A stretch of DNA of 64,000 bases from Coprothermobacterota bacterium (GCA_036679065.1 JAZIGN010000004.1:32001-96000); one strand, 5' to 3'; positions 43,707-55,498 are shown, numbered from the stretch's first letter. The notes: generated by a model from the sequence alone, not told the origin. Program-made: numbers and translations.

Positions 43707-44228
43707 ATGATAATGGTATTAGGATATGACGGAAAAATCCCTACCGTAGACGAGACAGCTTTTATCCATGATATGGCGTTTGTTTCTGGCGAAGTTTACA
43801 TAGGGAAGGACGTGTTCATTTTGCCTTTTGCCTCCATAAGAGGAGACATGAATGCAATATACATAGGAGTGGGCAGCAACATACAGGATAATGCGGTGGT
43901 CCACGTGACTGATACCTTGCCAACTAAGATTGGCGACTATGTGACAGTGGGTCACGGAGCCATTCTTCACGGCTGCAGTGTGGGCAACAATGTGCTTATT
44001 GGCATGGGTGCTATTGTGCTGGATGGAGCAGAGATAGAGGACAATGTGCTAGTAGCAGCTGGCACACTCATTCCTCCTCGCAAGCGCATTCCATCAGGCT
44101 CTCTGGTGGTGGGTAATCCTTATAAGATTGTGCGGACGTTGACTGACGAAGAAATCCAAGGCATAAAACAAAATGCGTTAGATTACATCCAGTTGAAAGA
44201 TAAGTACGTGTCGACTTTTGAAAAGTAG
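43707..44228 (+). CDS. Gamma carbonic anhydrase family protein
   Basis: IRGD, SNIQDNAVVH, VGHGAILHGC hexapeptide repeats. Confidence 0.92.
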   Translation: MIMVLGYDGKIPTVDETAFIHDMAFVSGEVYIGKDVFILPFASIRGDMNAIYIGVGSNIQDNAVVHVTDTLPTKIGDYVTVGHGAILHGCSVGNNVLIGMGAIVLDGAEIEDNVLVAAGTLIPPRKRIPSGSLVVGNPYKIVRTLTDEEIQGIKQNALDYIQLKDKYVSTFEK

Positions 44229-44240
44229 GGTGTTGGTCAT

Positions 44241-45113
44241 ATGATTGACTCTTTTAGAAAGTCCATTCCCCGTTTCACAGATATTGTTTTGATTGTTCTG
44301 GGGTGTCTCATAACAGCTTTTGGTTTAGTAGCATTCCTGTTTCCCCATAACCTGGCGCCTGGTGGTGTGGGGGGATTAGCTCTCACCATAAACCACTTTC
44401 TTCCTTTTCTAAGCATTGGTACCTGGATGCTCATATTGAACTTACTACTGTTTGCTCTGGCTTTTTGGCTCCTGGGTTCTCACATTGGTACAGGAACGCT
44501 CATAGGAACATTCTTCCTCAGCTTCTTCGTGGACCTACTTAGTAAATACTACGCACAACCACTTACCAACGACCTCATATTGAGCGTTCTTTACGGAGGA
44601 GCTTTGTCTGGTATTGGGTTGGGACTTGTTTTCAAGGGCAGAGCAACTACTGGCGGTACTGACATAGTCGGCTTTATCATTAATAAGTACACTGGTATTT
44701 CCGTGGGGCAATCGATTTTTATTGCTGATGCCACCGTGGTAACTCTCATGGCACTGGTTTTTAGGAGTACTGACGTAGCTTTGCTGGCAATCGTGAGCAT
44801 CTTTGTTGGAAGTGCAGCAGTTGACATGATGCAGAAGGGATTCATCAGGGAACGGGTGTTTTTCATTATAAGTGACAATTACGAGCAAATGCTAAAGGAA
44901 GTGGATGAGAATCTGGGCAGAGGCGCAACGCTACTTCAAAGTTGGGGTGGGTATGCTGGAACAGAACGTAAGGCTTTGGTTGTGTGTGTTTCACAATCAG
45001 AAACTGATGAAATGGAGAGGATAATCAGACGCGTAGATCCCAAGAGTTTTTACATCGTTGTTGAAGGAGTAAGAGTAGTAGGAGAAGGTTTCAGGTCACC
45101 ATCTTGGGTATAA
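44241..45113 (+). CDS. YitT family membrane protein
   Basis: APGGVGGLA, TTGGTD, RGAT, GEGF. Confidence 0.88.
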   Translation: MIDSFRKSIPRFTDIVLIVLGCLITAFGLVAFLFPHNLAPGGVGGLALTINHFLPFLSIGTWMLILNLLLFALAFWLLGSHIGTGTLIGTFFLSFFVDLLSKYYAQPLTNDLILSVLYGGALSGIGLGLVFKGRATTGGTDIVGFIINKYTGISVGQSIFIADATVVTLMALVFRSTDVALLAIVSIFVGSAAVDMMQKGFIRERVFFIISDNYEQMLKEVDENLGRGATLLQSWGGYAGTERKALVVCVSQSETDEMERIIRRVDPKSFYIVVEGVRVVGEGFRSPSWV

Positions 45114-45133
45114 GCATTTTAAGGAGGGGATGA

Positions 45134-45706
45134 ATGGTGAAGGAAGAAAACGTGAAAATTGAGATGGTAGGAAAGAACATAGAACTGACTCCGGCCATTA
45201 AACAGTACATCGAGGAGAAAATTGGTCGTGTTTACCGTTACTTTGACCCCATTCTTGGTGTAAAAGTAGTGGTGGAGAAGGAACGTCAGGCTCGTGAGCC
45301 TGTCTTTGACGTGGAAGTTACCCTTGATGCCAATGGAAGGCTTATCCGAGCGGAAGTTGAAGACCCTGATCTTTACGCTGCTATCGATAAAGCCGCTGAT
45401 AAACTGGAATCCAACATAAAACGCTTCAAAGAAAAACTCTTCGACTCCCGCCAAGGTGGAAAGGTGGAGAGAACAACTACTTTAAATACGGGCGTACTCC
45501 TTGGAGAAGAAAAAGTGGAGGAACCGCTCATTGAGAGACGCAAAAGGTTCGTCGTACTCCCCATGAGTGAGGAAGAAGCCATACTTCAAATGGAATCTTT
45601 GGGGCACACGTTCTTTGTGTTCATGGATCCAGACACGGGTAACGCCAAGATTGTGTACAAGAGAAAAAAACGTGGTTACGGTGTCATAGAGGTATTGACT
45701 GAGTAA
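45134..45706 (+). CDS. hpf: Long ribosome hibernation promoting factor
   Basis: GKNIELTPA, DLYAAID, PMSEEEAILQMESLGHTFFVF. Confidence 0.93.
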   Translation: MVKEENVKIEMVGKNIELTPAIKQYIEEKIGRVYRYFDPILGVKVVVEKERQAREPVFDVEVTLDANGRLIRAEVEDPDLYAAIDKAADKLESNIKRFKEKLFDSRQGGKVERTTTLNTGVLLGEEKVEEPLIERRKRFVVLPMSEEEAILQMESLGHTFFVFMDPDTGNAKIVYKRKKRGYGVIEVLTE

Positions 45707-48024
45707 TGTTCAAGTGGTTCGCACGGTCTTCATCGGATCGGCATTTGAAGAAGTATTTTGATTTTGCGGAGAAAGTTAATGCCTTCGAAGCCGCAATGAT
45801 GCAGCTGACTGATGAGGATCTTTTTAACAAAAAAGGGTATTTTCGACAGCAACTTGATCAGGGCAGGTCAGTGGACGAACTGCTACCTGAGATGTTCGCT
45901 GTAGTCAGAGAAGTAGCTAGGCGACAGCTGAACATGCGACACTTTGACGTTCAACTCATGGGTGGCAAAGTGTTGTTTGAAGGCAAAGTAGCTGAAATGA
46001 AAACAGGCGAGGGTAAAACCTTGGTTGCCACCTTACCTGTTTATGCTATGTCTGTTGCTGGACACAAAGTGCATGTGGTTACTGTCAATGAATACCTGGC
46101 AAAGCGAGACGCTAATTGGATGAAGCCCATTTACGAAGCACTTGGGCTAACAGTTGCATACATCCACAGCAACCAAACTACGGAGGAGAAAAAAGCAGCT
46201 TACGCGGCTGATGTGGTCTACGGCACGAATTACGAATTCGGGTTTGATTATTTACGTGACAACATGGCGCTAAGCTTGGATGACATCGTACAGCAAGGCC
46301 TGGACTATGCCATCATAGACGAAGCCGACTCCGTGCTCATAGATGAGGCTAGAACGCCTCTCATCATTAGCGGCCCTGGTCAGGAAGACACCCGCATCTA
46401 TTACGAGCTTGCGAAATTGGCACGAAGAATGGTTCCGGGTGTGGACTTTGACATTGAAGAAAAAGAACGGAATGTGATTTTGCACGATTCTGGAGCTCAT
46501 AAGGTAGAGCGGTTCGTGAAAATTGACAACCTGTATGCACCTGAAAACGCTGACCTTCTTAGAAAAGTTCTCCAAGCGTTGCGTGCTGAGTACTTGTACA
46601 AGGCTGAAGTCGACTACATAGTTAAAGATGGTGAAGTGGTTATCATTGATGAGTTTACTGGACGACTCATGTATGGGCGGAGGTACAGTGACGGGCTGCA
46701 TCAAGCCATTGAAGCGAAGGAGGGCGTCCAAGTAAAAGGTGAATCACAGGTCTTGGCATTAATCTCTTACCAGAACTTCTTTAAGTTGTATAACAAGATT
46801 GCTGGCATGACTGGAACTGCAGCTTCAGCTGCAAATGAATTTAATGGGATTTACAACATGGATGTTGTGGTAGTTCCTACTAACAAACCCATGATCAGAG
46901 TTGACTTACCAGACGTGATCTACAGTAGTGAAGAAGGCAAGTTCCGTGCCATCGTGGCTGACATTAAAGAGAAGCATGATAAAGGGCAACCTGTACTCAT
47001 AGGTACTAGGTCGGTAGAGAAGTCTGAAAAGCTTTCCAAGATGCTTAAGAAAGAAGGCATTCCACACGAGGTATTGAACGCGAAGTACCACGAGAAGGAA
47101 GCAGAAATCATTGCAAAAGCAGGCCAGCGAGGTGCTGTCACAGTAGCCACAAACATGGCAGGAAGAGGCGTTGACATCGTTCTTGGCGATGGAGTTGCTG
47201 AGCTTGGTGGATTGCACGTCATTGGCAGCGAACGGCACGAGGCTCGAAGAATAGATGACCAGCTTCGAGGGCGAAGCGGAAGGCAAGGAGACCCTGGAAG
47301 CTCGCAGTTTTATCTGTCTTTGGAAGACGAACTTCTAAAGCTCTATGGCGGAGATACGCTTAAAGGTATTTTTGATAAATTGCATGTGGAAGAGGATGAC
47401 CGCATTGAACATCCACTTTTGACTCGAGCCATTGAAACAGCACAAAAAAGGGTTGAAAACTATCACTATGAAATAAGAAAAAGGCTTTTGGACTACGACA
47501 ATGTTTTGGGACAACAAAGAGAGTACATCTACAAGGAAAGAAGACAGATTTTAGAGATGGAGGATGTTACTCCTTTGGTGGAACGTTTAGCAGAGCACTT
47601 TGCTGAAGATTTGGCTCACAATCCTGACAGTGCTCAGGAGCAACTCCTAGCTCTTGGCATAACCGTGGATGATTTGGAAAATGCTAGCCAAGACGAAATC
47701 AAGGATGTTGTATTGTCTGTGATAATGTCGAGCTACGAAGCTAAGAAAAGTGAACTTAAAAGTGTAGATCCTGAGCTGGATAAGAAAGTTTTACTACGAG
47801 TCATGGACTGGAATTTCATCAATCATCTTCAGAACATGGAGTATTTGCAGCAGGGTATTGGATGGCAAGCTTTGGGACAAAAAGACCCCTTAGTTGAATA
47901 TCAGTACCAAGCTGCTATGATGTTTGCAGAGATGCTTAGCAATGTAAGGAAAGACTTCTTTACTTACTTCTTGAACATCAGAGTTGTCCAAAAAGATACG
48001 CAAAGGAAGGGACGTAGCCGTTGA
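45706..48024 (+). CDS. secA: Preprotein translocase SecA
   Basis: [36 protein letters not shown]. Confidence 0.98.
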   Translation: MFKWFARSSSDRHLKKYFDFAEKVNAFEAAMMQLTDEDLFNKKGYFRQQLDQGRSVDELLPEMFAVVREVARRQLNMRHFDVQLMGGKVLFEGKVAEMKTGEGKTLVATLPVYAMSVAGHKVHVVTVNEYLAKRDANWMKPIYEALGLTVAYIHSNQTTEEKKAAYAADVVYGTNYEFGFDYLRDNMALSLDDIVQQGLDYAIIDEADSVLIDEARTPLIISGPGQEDTRIYYELAKLARRMVPGVDFDIEEKERNVILHDSGAHKVERFVKIDNLYAPENADLLRKVLQALRAEYLYKAEVDYIVKDGEVVIIDEFTGRLMYGRRYSDGLHQAIEAKEGVQVKGESQVLALISYQNFFKLYNKIAGMTGTAASAANEFNGIYNMDVVVVPTNKPMIRVDLPDVIYSSEEGKFRAIVADIKEKHDKGQPVLIGTRSVEKSEKLSKMLKKEGIPHEVLNAKYHEKEAEIIAKAGQRGAVTVATNMAGRGVDIVLGDGVAELGGLHVIGSERHEARRIDDQLRGRSGRQGDPGSSQFYLSLEDELLKLYGGDTLKGIFDKLHVEEDDRIEHPLLTRAIETAQKRVENYHYEIRKRLLDYDNVLGQQREYIYKERRQILEMEDVTPLVERLAEHFAEDLAHNPDSAQEQLLALGITVDDLENASQDEIKDVVLSVIMSSYEAKKSELKSVDPELDKKVLLRVMDWNFINHLQNMEYLQQGIGWQALGQKDPLVEYQYQAAMMFAEMLSNVRKDFFTYFLNIRVVQKDTQRKGRSR

Positions 48025-49133
48025 CGCTGGAGGAAATTGTACAAGAACGAGACAGCACTGCATCAGAGTTTCGAGAAATACTCGAGAACATAAAACTGGA
48101 CGAAAAAAGGGCAGAACTTAGTGATGTACGAAAAGTCTATGAAAAGCCTGACATTTGGTCTGATCCAGATAAAGCCGTAGCCGTGGCGAGGAAGGTACAG
48201 CAGCTCGAAGAAGAAATAGAGCGCGTTGAACAGATCGAAAACCTTTTCAAAGATTTAGATGCAGCCTTGGAGCTTCTTGAAGAAGGATATGATGAAGAGC
48301 TCTTCGAACATGCAGTTGCGACCTTAAAAGAACTTAAGGAGCGTATTGAGTTTTTTAGGTTGGTCACGCTCTTTACAGAGCCCTATGATATGAACGACGC
48401 CATACTGATGTTGCATGCTGGGGCAGGCGGTGTGGATGCCATGGATTGGACGCAAATGCTCATGCGAATGTACCTGCGCTGGGCTGAGCGCATGGGCTTT
48501 GACACAGAAATTGTAGACATGTCGAGAGGGGAAGAAGCCGGTGTAAAGTCATGCACCATATTCGTACGCGGGCCTTATGCATATGGGTACCTGCGTGCTG
48601 AAAAGGGTGTGCATCGTTTGGTTAGGCTGTCGCCATTTGATTCAGACCACAGAAGGCATACCTCCTTTGCTTTGGTTGATGTGGTGCCAGATGTTGAAGA
48701 TGTGGAAGTGGAAATAAATCCTGATGATATTGAAGTGGAGACCTTCAGAAGCGGTGGTGCAGGAGGGCAGCATCAAAACAAGACCGAATCCGGCGTCAGG
48801 TTAATACATAAGCCCACTGGTATTACTGTCACAGTTACGGAAGAACGTTCGCAGCTTCAAAACAGGGAAAGAGCTATGCGCATATTGAGGGCACGCGTTC
48901 ACCAGTACCATGAAGAAGAAAGAAAAAAGTCCTTAGAAGAAATTAGGGGAGATGTGAAGTCAGCATCGTGGGGAAATCAGATTCGCTCTTACGTGTTTCA
49001 TCCTTACAACATGGTTAAAGATCATCGAACTGGGTATTCCAGGGGCGACATTGATAACGTTATGGACGGTGATATAACGGATTTCATGGTAAAGTTCTTG
49101 CAGGGTGTAAGAGTGGAGTCGTCAGATGAATAA
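48021..49133 (+). CDS. prfB: Peptide chain release factor 2
   Basis: SPF and GGQ motifs, WGNQIRSYV. Confidence 0.97.
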   Translation: MTLEEIVQERDSTASEFREILENIKLDEKRAELSDVRKVYEKPDIWSDPDKAVAVARKVQQLEEEIERVEQIENLFKDLDAALELLEEGYDEELFEHAVATLKELKERIEFFRLVTLFTEPYDMNDAILMLHAGAGGVDAMDWTQMLMRMYLRWAERMGFDTEIVDMSRGEEAGVKSCTIFVRGPYAYGYLRAEKGVHRLVRLSPFDSDHRRHTSFALVDVVPDVEDVEVEINPDDIEVETFRSGGAGGQHQNKTESGVRLIHKPTGITVTVTEERSQLQNRERAMRILRARVHQYHEEERKKSLEEIRGDVKSASWGNQIRSYVFHPYNMVKDHRTGYSRGDIDNVMDGDITDFMVKFLQGVRVESSDE

Positions 49134-49857
49134 TATGGATCTGGAAGAAAAAGTAATCAGTGTGCACGGCCTAACAAAAGTATACGGAAAGGGTTATGAG
49201 CCTGCCTTAAACAACGTTAGTTTTGATTTGCACCGGGGCGATTTTGTTTACCTCATTGGTCCTACTGGTGCAGGTAAAACAACGCTTCTGCATATTCTAA
49301 TGGGACTGAGAAAGCCCACGTCAGGTTACGCTGAAGTACTTGGGCATCGGATCGATCCCTCTGGCAATGAACGGGACCTGCGTGATTTGAGGCTCCGAAC
49401 AGGTATCATTTTTCAGGGTTCGTATCTTCTCAATGACAGGACAGTTTATGAAAATGTCATAATGAGCTTGGAAGTTAGAGACTATCCCGTACCAGAGGTA
49501 AAGCGGCGTGCAGAAGCTCTTCTCTACAAGTTAGGGCTTCTTGACAAAAAGAATTTCATGCCCGAGGAACTGTCTGGGGGACAAAAGCAATTAGTGGCAT
49601 TTGCTAGAGCGATTTTGCATGAACCAGAACTGCTTATTGCTGATGAACCCACAGCTAATTTAGATATGAATACGGCAAGAGAACTTATTAAGACCATACA
49701 GAATCTCACTGCGAATATGAATACGACGGTGTTATTGGCTACTCATAATGTGGAATTAGTCGCGGAAATGGGAAGTCGGGTAATAAGATTGGAAAGGGGA
49801 AGTATTGTTTTCGATGCAAAAAAACTCAAGTCTTTGGCTCAATCGGTTGCTCCGTGA
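49126..49857 (+). CDS. ftsE: FtsE-like ABC ATPase
   Basis: [22 protein letters not shown]; context. Confidence 0.8.
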   Translation: MNNMDLEEKVISVHGLTKVYGKGYEPALNNVSFDLHRGDFVYLIGPTGAGKTTLLHILMGLRKPTSGYAEVLGHRIDPSGNERDLRDLRLRTGIIFQGSYLLNDRTVYENVIMSLEVRDYPVPEVKRRAEALLYKLGLLDKKNFMPEELSGGQKQLVAFARAILHEPELLIADEPTANLDMNTARELIKTIQNLTANMNTTVLLATHNVELVAEMGSRVIRLERGSIVFDAKKLKSLAQSVAP

Positions 49858-50743
49858 AACAGTTTGGGCATGGCGGCTAATTCGGACGAACATTGCCCAA
49901 GGAGTGGTATTGGCTGGACTTATTATTATCGCGACGTTATTAGGTGGCTTTGCCTTTAGTACCAGCGTTTGGTTTCAAAAAACACAAAGCACTGCTCTGA
50001 GTCAGCTTCAAACCGTGGTATTTGTTGACAAATCTTTGCCTCAGGAAGAAATACAGTCCATAAGATCTGATTTCATTCACAGACCGGGAGTGGCTGAGGT
50101 TACCTTTGTCAGTTCAGAGCAAGCTTTAGCAGAGTTGAAGCTTTCGCTTTCACAATACAGTTGGCTGTTCGACAACATTTCCGAAAATCCCATACCGCCA
50201 TCTTTTGAAATTAGGTTTACCAGCTTGGAAAGCATGAAGCAATTCATTGATGAGATGAGAACCGCAAGCTACATAACTGACTTACTTGCGCCATATGAAC
50301 AGGCTCAGAGTGTCTCCACGTTCATTTCTGGCATGTACAAAGCAATATTCGCTATACTTATAGTTATGGTAGCCGTACTGGCCATACTGGCCATGCTACT
50401 GGTGGAATCTGAGGTATTAAAACAACGCGAATCGTTGGCCCTCTATTCTTTATTGGGTGCAAGCCCTCGGTTTTTGCTTATGCCCTTCTTGTTGTACATC
50501 GTGAGTTTTGCTGCCATTGGTATGATCGTTTCGGTGGTCCTAGGTATTTATGCTGCCCCCTTGGTGATTGACTTAGTGAACGTTGTAAACCGGCTACTGT
50601 TCGGATTAACTGTACCACTATCAAGTTGGGAGCCCTATGTGGTGTTGAGCGCGTTCTTGTCGCTGTTATTTGTGTTTGGGGGCACCTACTTGGCCATACA
50701 CAGGAGTATTAAGGAGGTGGCTAGTAGTGAACTGGAAATGTAA
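49814..50743 (+). CDS. ftsX: FtsX-like permease
   Basis: FVSSEQAL, ENPIPPSF, LLGAS; follows ftsE. Confidence 0.8.
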   Translation: MQKNSSLWLNRLLRETVWAWRLIRTNIAQGVVLAGLIIIATLLGGFAFSTSVWFQKTQSTALSQLQTVVFVDKSLPQEEIQSIRSDFIHRPGVAEVTFVSSEQALAELKLSLSQYSWLFDNISENPIPPSFEIRFTSLESMKQFIDEMRTASYITDLLAPYEQAQSVSTFISGMYKAIFAILIVMVAVLAILAMLLVESEVLKQRESLALYSLLGASPRFLLMPFLLYIVSFAAIGMIVSVVLGIYAAPLVIDLVNVVNRLLFGLTVPLSSWEPYVVLSAFLSLLFVFGGTYLAIHRSIKEVASSELEM

Positions 50744-51887
50744 AACTGTTGCCAAGTGGGTTTCCTTGGTAACGGCGGTATTCATAATTGCTACTTTACT
50801 TATGCCTTTGCCAGGTCAGGCTGCAACGTACTCGGATTTGCAGAAAAAGAACCAGGAGCTGGAACAGCAGAAGAAAGCAACTCAGCAGCAACTCAGTGAA
50901 GTGAAGAATAAAACTCAAGATGCTTTCCAAGCATTGGTACAGTTGCAAAGCCAAATAGAAAAACTTGAGCAGCAATCTTCTTCATTAGTTCAGAGGCGGC
51001 AGCTCTTGGAGGAACAAATCGCAACATTAGATGCCCAAATAAGGGACCTGGAAAAGACAATAGAAGAAGAAAGAGCAAACCTGGAACAGACATTGGTTAC
51101 CATGTATAAATGGCAAAAAGTGGCGCCTTCTGCACTGGTGTTAGTGGTTACTTCCTCTGTGAATCCAGAACTAGCAACTTACGCACTGGAAAAGGTTCTC
51201 ACCAATCAAAATGCCAAGCTTGAGTCTTACGAAGACAATGTGGCTAAACTTCAGGCAAAACGAGAGGAAATAGCTGAAGCAAAGAATGAAGTGGCTCAGA
51301 CGATACAATCGCTTCAAACCCAGCTAGCAACCTTGCAAAGCAAATACGACGAAAGGGAAGGTTTGTATGCTCAGCTTAAAAAGGAACAAAACAAGTATGC
51401 CTCACAGCTAGCCATGATAGAAGAGCAACAGAGGCAAGTGAGCGCTGAGATACAAAAAATGCTTTCATCGACTAAACTTAGCAGTACCGCAAATTCCAGT
51501 GGGTTTATAAAGCCCATGTCGGGGATGGTGACAAGTCCTTTTGGATGGCGCATAAACCCATTAACTGGTAGAGGGAAAGATTTCCATACGGGAATCGACG
51601 TGGCGAATCAATATGGAACTCCCATTAAGGCTAGTAGGACTGGTGTAGTTATCTGGGCAGGTTGGAAGACGGGATATGGATTGTGTGTCATTATCGACCA
51701 TCAAGACGGCTACGGTACTGTTTACGCTCACATGTCTCGTATAGCTGTTAAGTCGGGACAAAAGGTTTCTGCTGGGACTGTGGTCGGCTATGAGGGTTCC
51801 ACTGGTTGGGCCACAGGGCCGCACCTGCATTTTGAAATAAGGATACAGGGTGAGCCAACTAATCCTGCCAAATTTGTGCAATTCTGA
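50727..51887 (+). CDS. Coiled-coil M23 peptidase / EnvC-family protein
   Basis: Signal peptide, long coiled coil, HTGID and GPHLHFE. Confidence 0.88.
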   Translation: MNWKCKTVAKWVSLVTAVFIIATLLMPLPGQAATYSDLQKKNQELEQQKKATQQQLSEVKNKTQDAFQALVQLQSQIEKLEQQSSSLVQRRQLLEEQIATLDAQIRDLEKTIEEERANLEQTLVTMYKWQKVAPSALVLVVTSSVNPELATYALEKVLTNQNAKLESYEDNVAKLQAKREEIAEAKNEVAQTIQSLQTQLATLQSKYDEREGLYAQLKKEQNKYASQLAMIEEQQRQVSAEIQKMLSSTKLSSTANSSGFIKPMSGMVTSPFGWRINPLTGRGKDFHTGIDVANQYGTPIKASRTGVVIWAGWKTGYGLCVIIDHQDGYGTVYAHMSRIAVKSGQKVSAGTVVGYEGSTGWATGPHLHFEIRIQGEPTNPAKFVQF

Positions 51888-51895
51888 GGTGACCC

Positions 51896-53029
51896 ATGAA
51901 TAAAAAAAGTGTAAGCTCTGGTGTGGTTGTACTAATACTCGTACTAGGCATTACAGCCGGTTATGTACTCGGTTTTCTTACCAGTGGTCGCCCTATTGTC
52001 TTACAAGCTGGAGATTATCGGCTGTTAGATGAGTTAAAAGCTGTTCTTCAGGAGCGGTACTACACTGATTTGCCCTCTGATAAGGAACTTCTTTACGGTT
52101 CTGCTAAGGGTTTAACTGCAGCTTTGGGTGATCCATGGACGGAGTATTTAACACCAGAAGAGATTTCTTTGTTGCAAAGTGACTTGGAAGGGACTTACAC
52201 GGGTATTGGAGTAGTCATCAGTAAAACAGGTGACCAAATTGTCATTCAAACGGTTTTCCCCAACACTCCGGCTGCTAAGGCTGGTTTAAAAGCAGGTGAC
52301 ATCATAACGGCTGTGGATGGAAAAACAGTGGAACAAGTCTCTGTAGACGTTGTTTCCTCCATGGTTAGGGGTAAGGCTGGCACCTCTGTGGTAGTGGAAG
52401 TTCTTCGTGATGGGCAGACACTTTCGTTTACTTTGAAGCGTGAAGAAGTCTCCATACCTGCTGTTACTGAAAGCAAGATGGTCACCCCAACGGTTGGATA
52501 CATAAGGCTTATGCAGTTCTATGACAATAGAGCCTCTTCCGAGTTTAGAAGTGCTTTGGTTCAGCTAAAAGGTGAAGGCATGACCTCTCTGATCATTGAT
52601 TTGAGGGATAATCCAGGAGGTATGCTAGAGGAAGCTCGTAGAATAGTTGGCTACTTTGCACCTGGGCAGGTAGTAGTTTATGAAAAGGACAAACAGGAAA
52701 CCAAACCACTGAAAGCCCCAGGCGGGTCAAAGTTGTTTAGTGGTAATGTGGTTATATGGGTGAATGGTGGTTCCGCATCGGCTTCTGAGATAGTAGCTGG
52801 TGCTCTGCGAGACCTCATCGGTGCTCAGTTGCTGGGTGAAAAAACCTTCGGAAAAGGAGAAATTCAGACCATCGAACCACTAAGTGAGGGCGCAGTGAAG
52901 GTGACTATTGCTGAGTACCTTACACCAAACAAGACAGCCCTTAATAAGGTTGGTTTATCACCGGATGTGCAAGTTACTGCCACCGACGACGCCAAACTAT
53001 TAGAAGCAACTCTAAAAACCCTTAAGTAG
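51896..53029 (+). CDS. ctpA: S41 C-terminal processing peptidase with PDZ
   Basis: GIGV, DLRDNPGG, SASASEI, TFGKG. Confidence 0.9.
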   Translation: MNKKSVSSGVVVLILVLGITAGYVLGFLTSGRPIVLQAGDYRLLDELKAVLQERYYTDLPSDKELLYGSAKGLTAALGDPWTEYLTPEEISLLQSDLEGTYTGIGVVISKTGDQIVIQTVFPNTPAAKAGLKAGDIITAVDGKTVEQVSVDVVSSMVRGKAGTSVVVEVLRDGQTLSFTLKREEVSIPAVTESKMVTPTVGYIRLMQFYDNRASSEFRSALVQLKGEGMTSLIIDLRDNPGGMLEEARRIVGYFAPGQVVVYEKDKQETKPLKAPGGSKLFSGNVVIWVNGGSASASEIVAGALRDLIGAQLLGEKTFGKGEIQTIEPLSEGAVKVTIAEYLTPNKTALNKVGLSPDVQVTATDDAKLLEATLKTLK

Positions 53030-54377
53030 TACTTAGAATCGTTTCTTCAGAAGCTGGTTCTACTATTATGATCTGAAAGTTTCTATAGAGAACCAGCCCT
53101 TTTTTATTCTTTGGATGGCGCCAAACGTTTTTTATCTGCGTGTAGACGACTTCCACCTTGTTTTCTTCGGACTTTGAACTGTGAAAAGCTGCAATTCTTG
53201 CAGCTACGCGTGCTGTATCATCTGTGAGTGAACTACTCCTAACGACCACATGAGAACCTGTACCTTCCTTAACGTGAAACCACCAATGTTCAGGAGCCGA
53301 TGAAAACGTCACAAAATCATTTCCCGAGGCGGAAAGACCTATGTAGATGGGTACACCGTCAATGAATATCCTCTTATAAGGACTTTGCTGTGTGCTAGTT
53401 GAGTTTACCTTCTTGGCGGGTCTGAGCTTGTTCGCTTTACTGGCTAGCAGCTTTTTCTCAAGAGTTCTTGCTCTTTCAAAAAAGGTTTGAGCGGCTTCCA
53501 CTGAGGTAGAAAACTGTGCAAGGTTCACAGTAGTTTCTTCACCCGTAACCCAATCTGTTATAGTCACTTCACCTTGTGTATCGAGTGGCAAGGAAAGGAG
53601 TACTTGTCCCCAACGTTTCAGTTTTTCCAGTTCTTCTTTCAGTTCTTGTTCGTTAACCATCTCACGCTGGACGGTTAGCTGTTCTTCCTTATGTCTCTCT
53701 TTTCTTTGTATGTTCTCGTAATACGATTCGATTTGTCTACTCGCTTCCATGGAGGCTAAATCCAGAGCCGTTGTAGCAGCAGAAGGGGTTGGCCAAGCAA
53801 GGTCGCGTGCTACCACCATAAAGGGAAGGTCTTTTCTAACTAAGTGTTTCTGCAAAACATCTCGTGCTTGACTTGGCACTTTCGAGATGATTTGTCTTCT
53901 TAAGGGATGGTAAACGTTTTCTTCAGTTTCGGGTTTGGATGGGATAGAGTACTTTTCCCCCAAAGCTAGCTGGCGTTTTCCAGCTCCAGTTGACTTTGTA
54001 GTGAAGATAATGTTTTCATTTTCAAGTACAAGTAAGGCAGCATAATTTGGAATGAGTTCCACGACTAGCTGCCTTTTTACGATCTTAAGCCGGTCGCTCA
54101 AGTGAAGAACTATGATTCTGTCTCCTTCAACGTTTGTTATGGTTTCTATGGAAAGATTTCCGATCATTTGGCTAAGCTTTCTTTCCTTGTTTTCGGTTGG
54201 AAGGAAGGTTCTACCTATCATGGGCGAAGGTTGATACAGTGAAATGAGCAAAGGGCCTTTAGTAGTATCAAGTTCGTAAAAACAACCTTCGCTTAGAACG
54301 GCCTTTACCCGAGCGCCACGAAAGGAACTTTGAAGATCTCGTGCTAAGTAAGATAAATAAAAACTATCAATCTTCAT
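53022..54377 (-). CDS. NFACT/FbpA (RqcH-like) protein
   Basis: DRII N-domain; ND, WFH, GSHV, V.YT C-domain. Confidence 0.75.
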   Translation of the reverse strand: MKIDSFYLSYLARDLQSSFRGARVKAVLSEGCFYELDTTKGPLLISLYQPSPMIGRTFLPTENKERKLSQMIGNLSIETITNVEGDRIIVLHLSDRLKIVKRQLVVELIPNYAALLVLENENIIFTTKSTGAGKRQLALGEKYSIPSKPETEENVYHPLRRQIISKVPSQARDVLQKHLVRKDLPFMVVARDLAWPTPSAATTALDLASMEASRQIESYYENIQRKERHKEEQLTVQREMVNEQELKEELEKLKRWGQVLLSLPLDTQGEVTITDWVTGEETTVNLAQFSTSVEAAQTFFERARTLEKKLLASKANKLRPAKKVNSTSTQQSPYKRIFIDGVPIYIGLSASGNDFVTFSSAPEHWWFHVKEGTGSHVVVRSSSLTDDTARVAARIAAFHSSKSEENKVEVVYTQIKNVWRHPKNKKGLVLYRNFQIIIVEPASEETILSTT

Positions 54378-55338
54378 TCCAGGGTACGTGGGAATAATCT
54401 TCTCTGCGAACAAGACCAAAAGGCTGCTGACCTTCAAGGAAGCGCCTTATATTTTCGCAAGCCATGGAAAGCATTCTTTCCTGTGCATGTTCTGTGAGTC
54501 CCGCTGTGTGTGGTGTCATGATCAAGTTGGGTAGGTGTGAAATAACAACGGGTTGTTCCACAACGACAGGATGAAGGCTTAGCTTTTCATTCCACCAGAC
54601 ATCTGAAGCATAGATGGATGTAGGGTTCTCCTGTAGCCAAACTCTAAGTGCCTGTGGTTCTACGACAGCTGCCCGTGCAATGTTAACAATAACGCGTGTG
54701 CCACCTAACCTTGAAAGCACATCTTTATCGATCATATGGTAGGAATCTCGATTCAGGGGCAATGCGATAACAATGAGGTCACCAAAAGGCTCGCTGGTCC
54801 AATCAGCTGACGAGGTTACACTGTCGAAACCTTCAATTTGATTACCGCTCCGAGAAACACCAACGACTCGCATACCGAAGGCTTTTAGCCTTCTGGCAAT
54901 GGCTTGTCCAATGCTACCTGTGCCTAGTACCACGGCGGTGAGTGAATCGAGATCTTTGCTGACGCGCCTTTTCCACAAATCCATCTTCATCTCAGTCTGG
55001 TAGAAAGGAATGAACTTCAAAGCTGAGAGTGCTAAAGCCAAAGCCATGTCTGCCACGGCTTCGGAATTTGCGCCGGAACCACTAGCAACAGGTATGTCTT
55101 TCGGTATGAGATCCCAGGGTAGGTGATCAACGCCAGCCATGAGCGATTGGATGAATTTGAGGTTTTTCATGTTTGGTATTAGTGTGTCTAATTCGGGGGT
55201 CTTGGGTGAATAAAGCAGTATTTCTGCTTCTTCCACGTTTTGCCACGGTGGTGCTTCAAACTCTGCTTCCGGCAGAAGTTGACGCATAATGTCTAGGTCG
55301 TTTTGCGGCGGTACCCAGTTCAAAAGGATTCTTGGCAT
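54367..55338 (-). CDS. D-2-hydroxyacid dehydrogenase family
   Basis: AGVDH, GTGSIG, NIAR, DVW, TPHTAG. Confidence 0.9.
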   Translation of the reverse strand: MPRILLNWVPPQNDLDIMRQLLPEAEFEAPPWQNVEEAEILLYSPKTPELDTLIPNMKNLKFIQSLMAGVDHLPWDLIPKDIPVASGSGANSEAVADMALALALSALKFIPFYQTEMKMDLWKRRVSKDLDSLTAVVLGTGSIGQAIARRLKAFGMRVVGVSRSGNQIEGFDSVTSSADWTSEPFGDLIVIALPLNRDSYHMIDKDVLSRLGGTRVIVNIARAAVVEPQALRVWLQENPTSIYASDVWWNEKLSLHPVVVEQPVVISHLPNLIMTPHTAGLTEHAQERMLSMACENIRRFLEGQQPFGLVRREDYSHVPWNED

Positions 55339-55457
55339 AATTTCTTTGCACCTCCTGATCGTGTTTATATATTAGCAGAGAGTTTATCGTCTTGTCTAAA
55401 ATGATTTAAGTGTTTGAGTTTGCCTTGGTTACCCAATACCTCTGCGGACCGTAGCAC

Positions 55458-55486
55458 TTGAAAATACAGGAACCATGTCTTATAAT
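55458..55486 (+). promoter_or_regulatory. Sigma70-type promoter of tRNA-Thr
   Basis: TTGAAA-17-TATAAT. Confidence 0.65.
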
Positions 55487-55498
55487 AGAACAGCAGTG

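Noticed and set aside
50820..51460. Repetitive Q/E/K-rich coding stretch
   Set aside because: Ordinary coiled coil of the M23/EnvC-family protein
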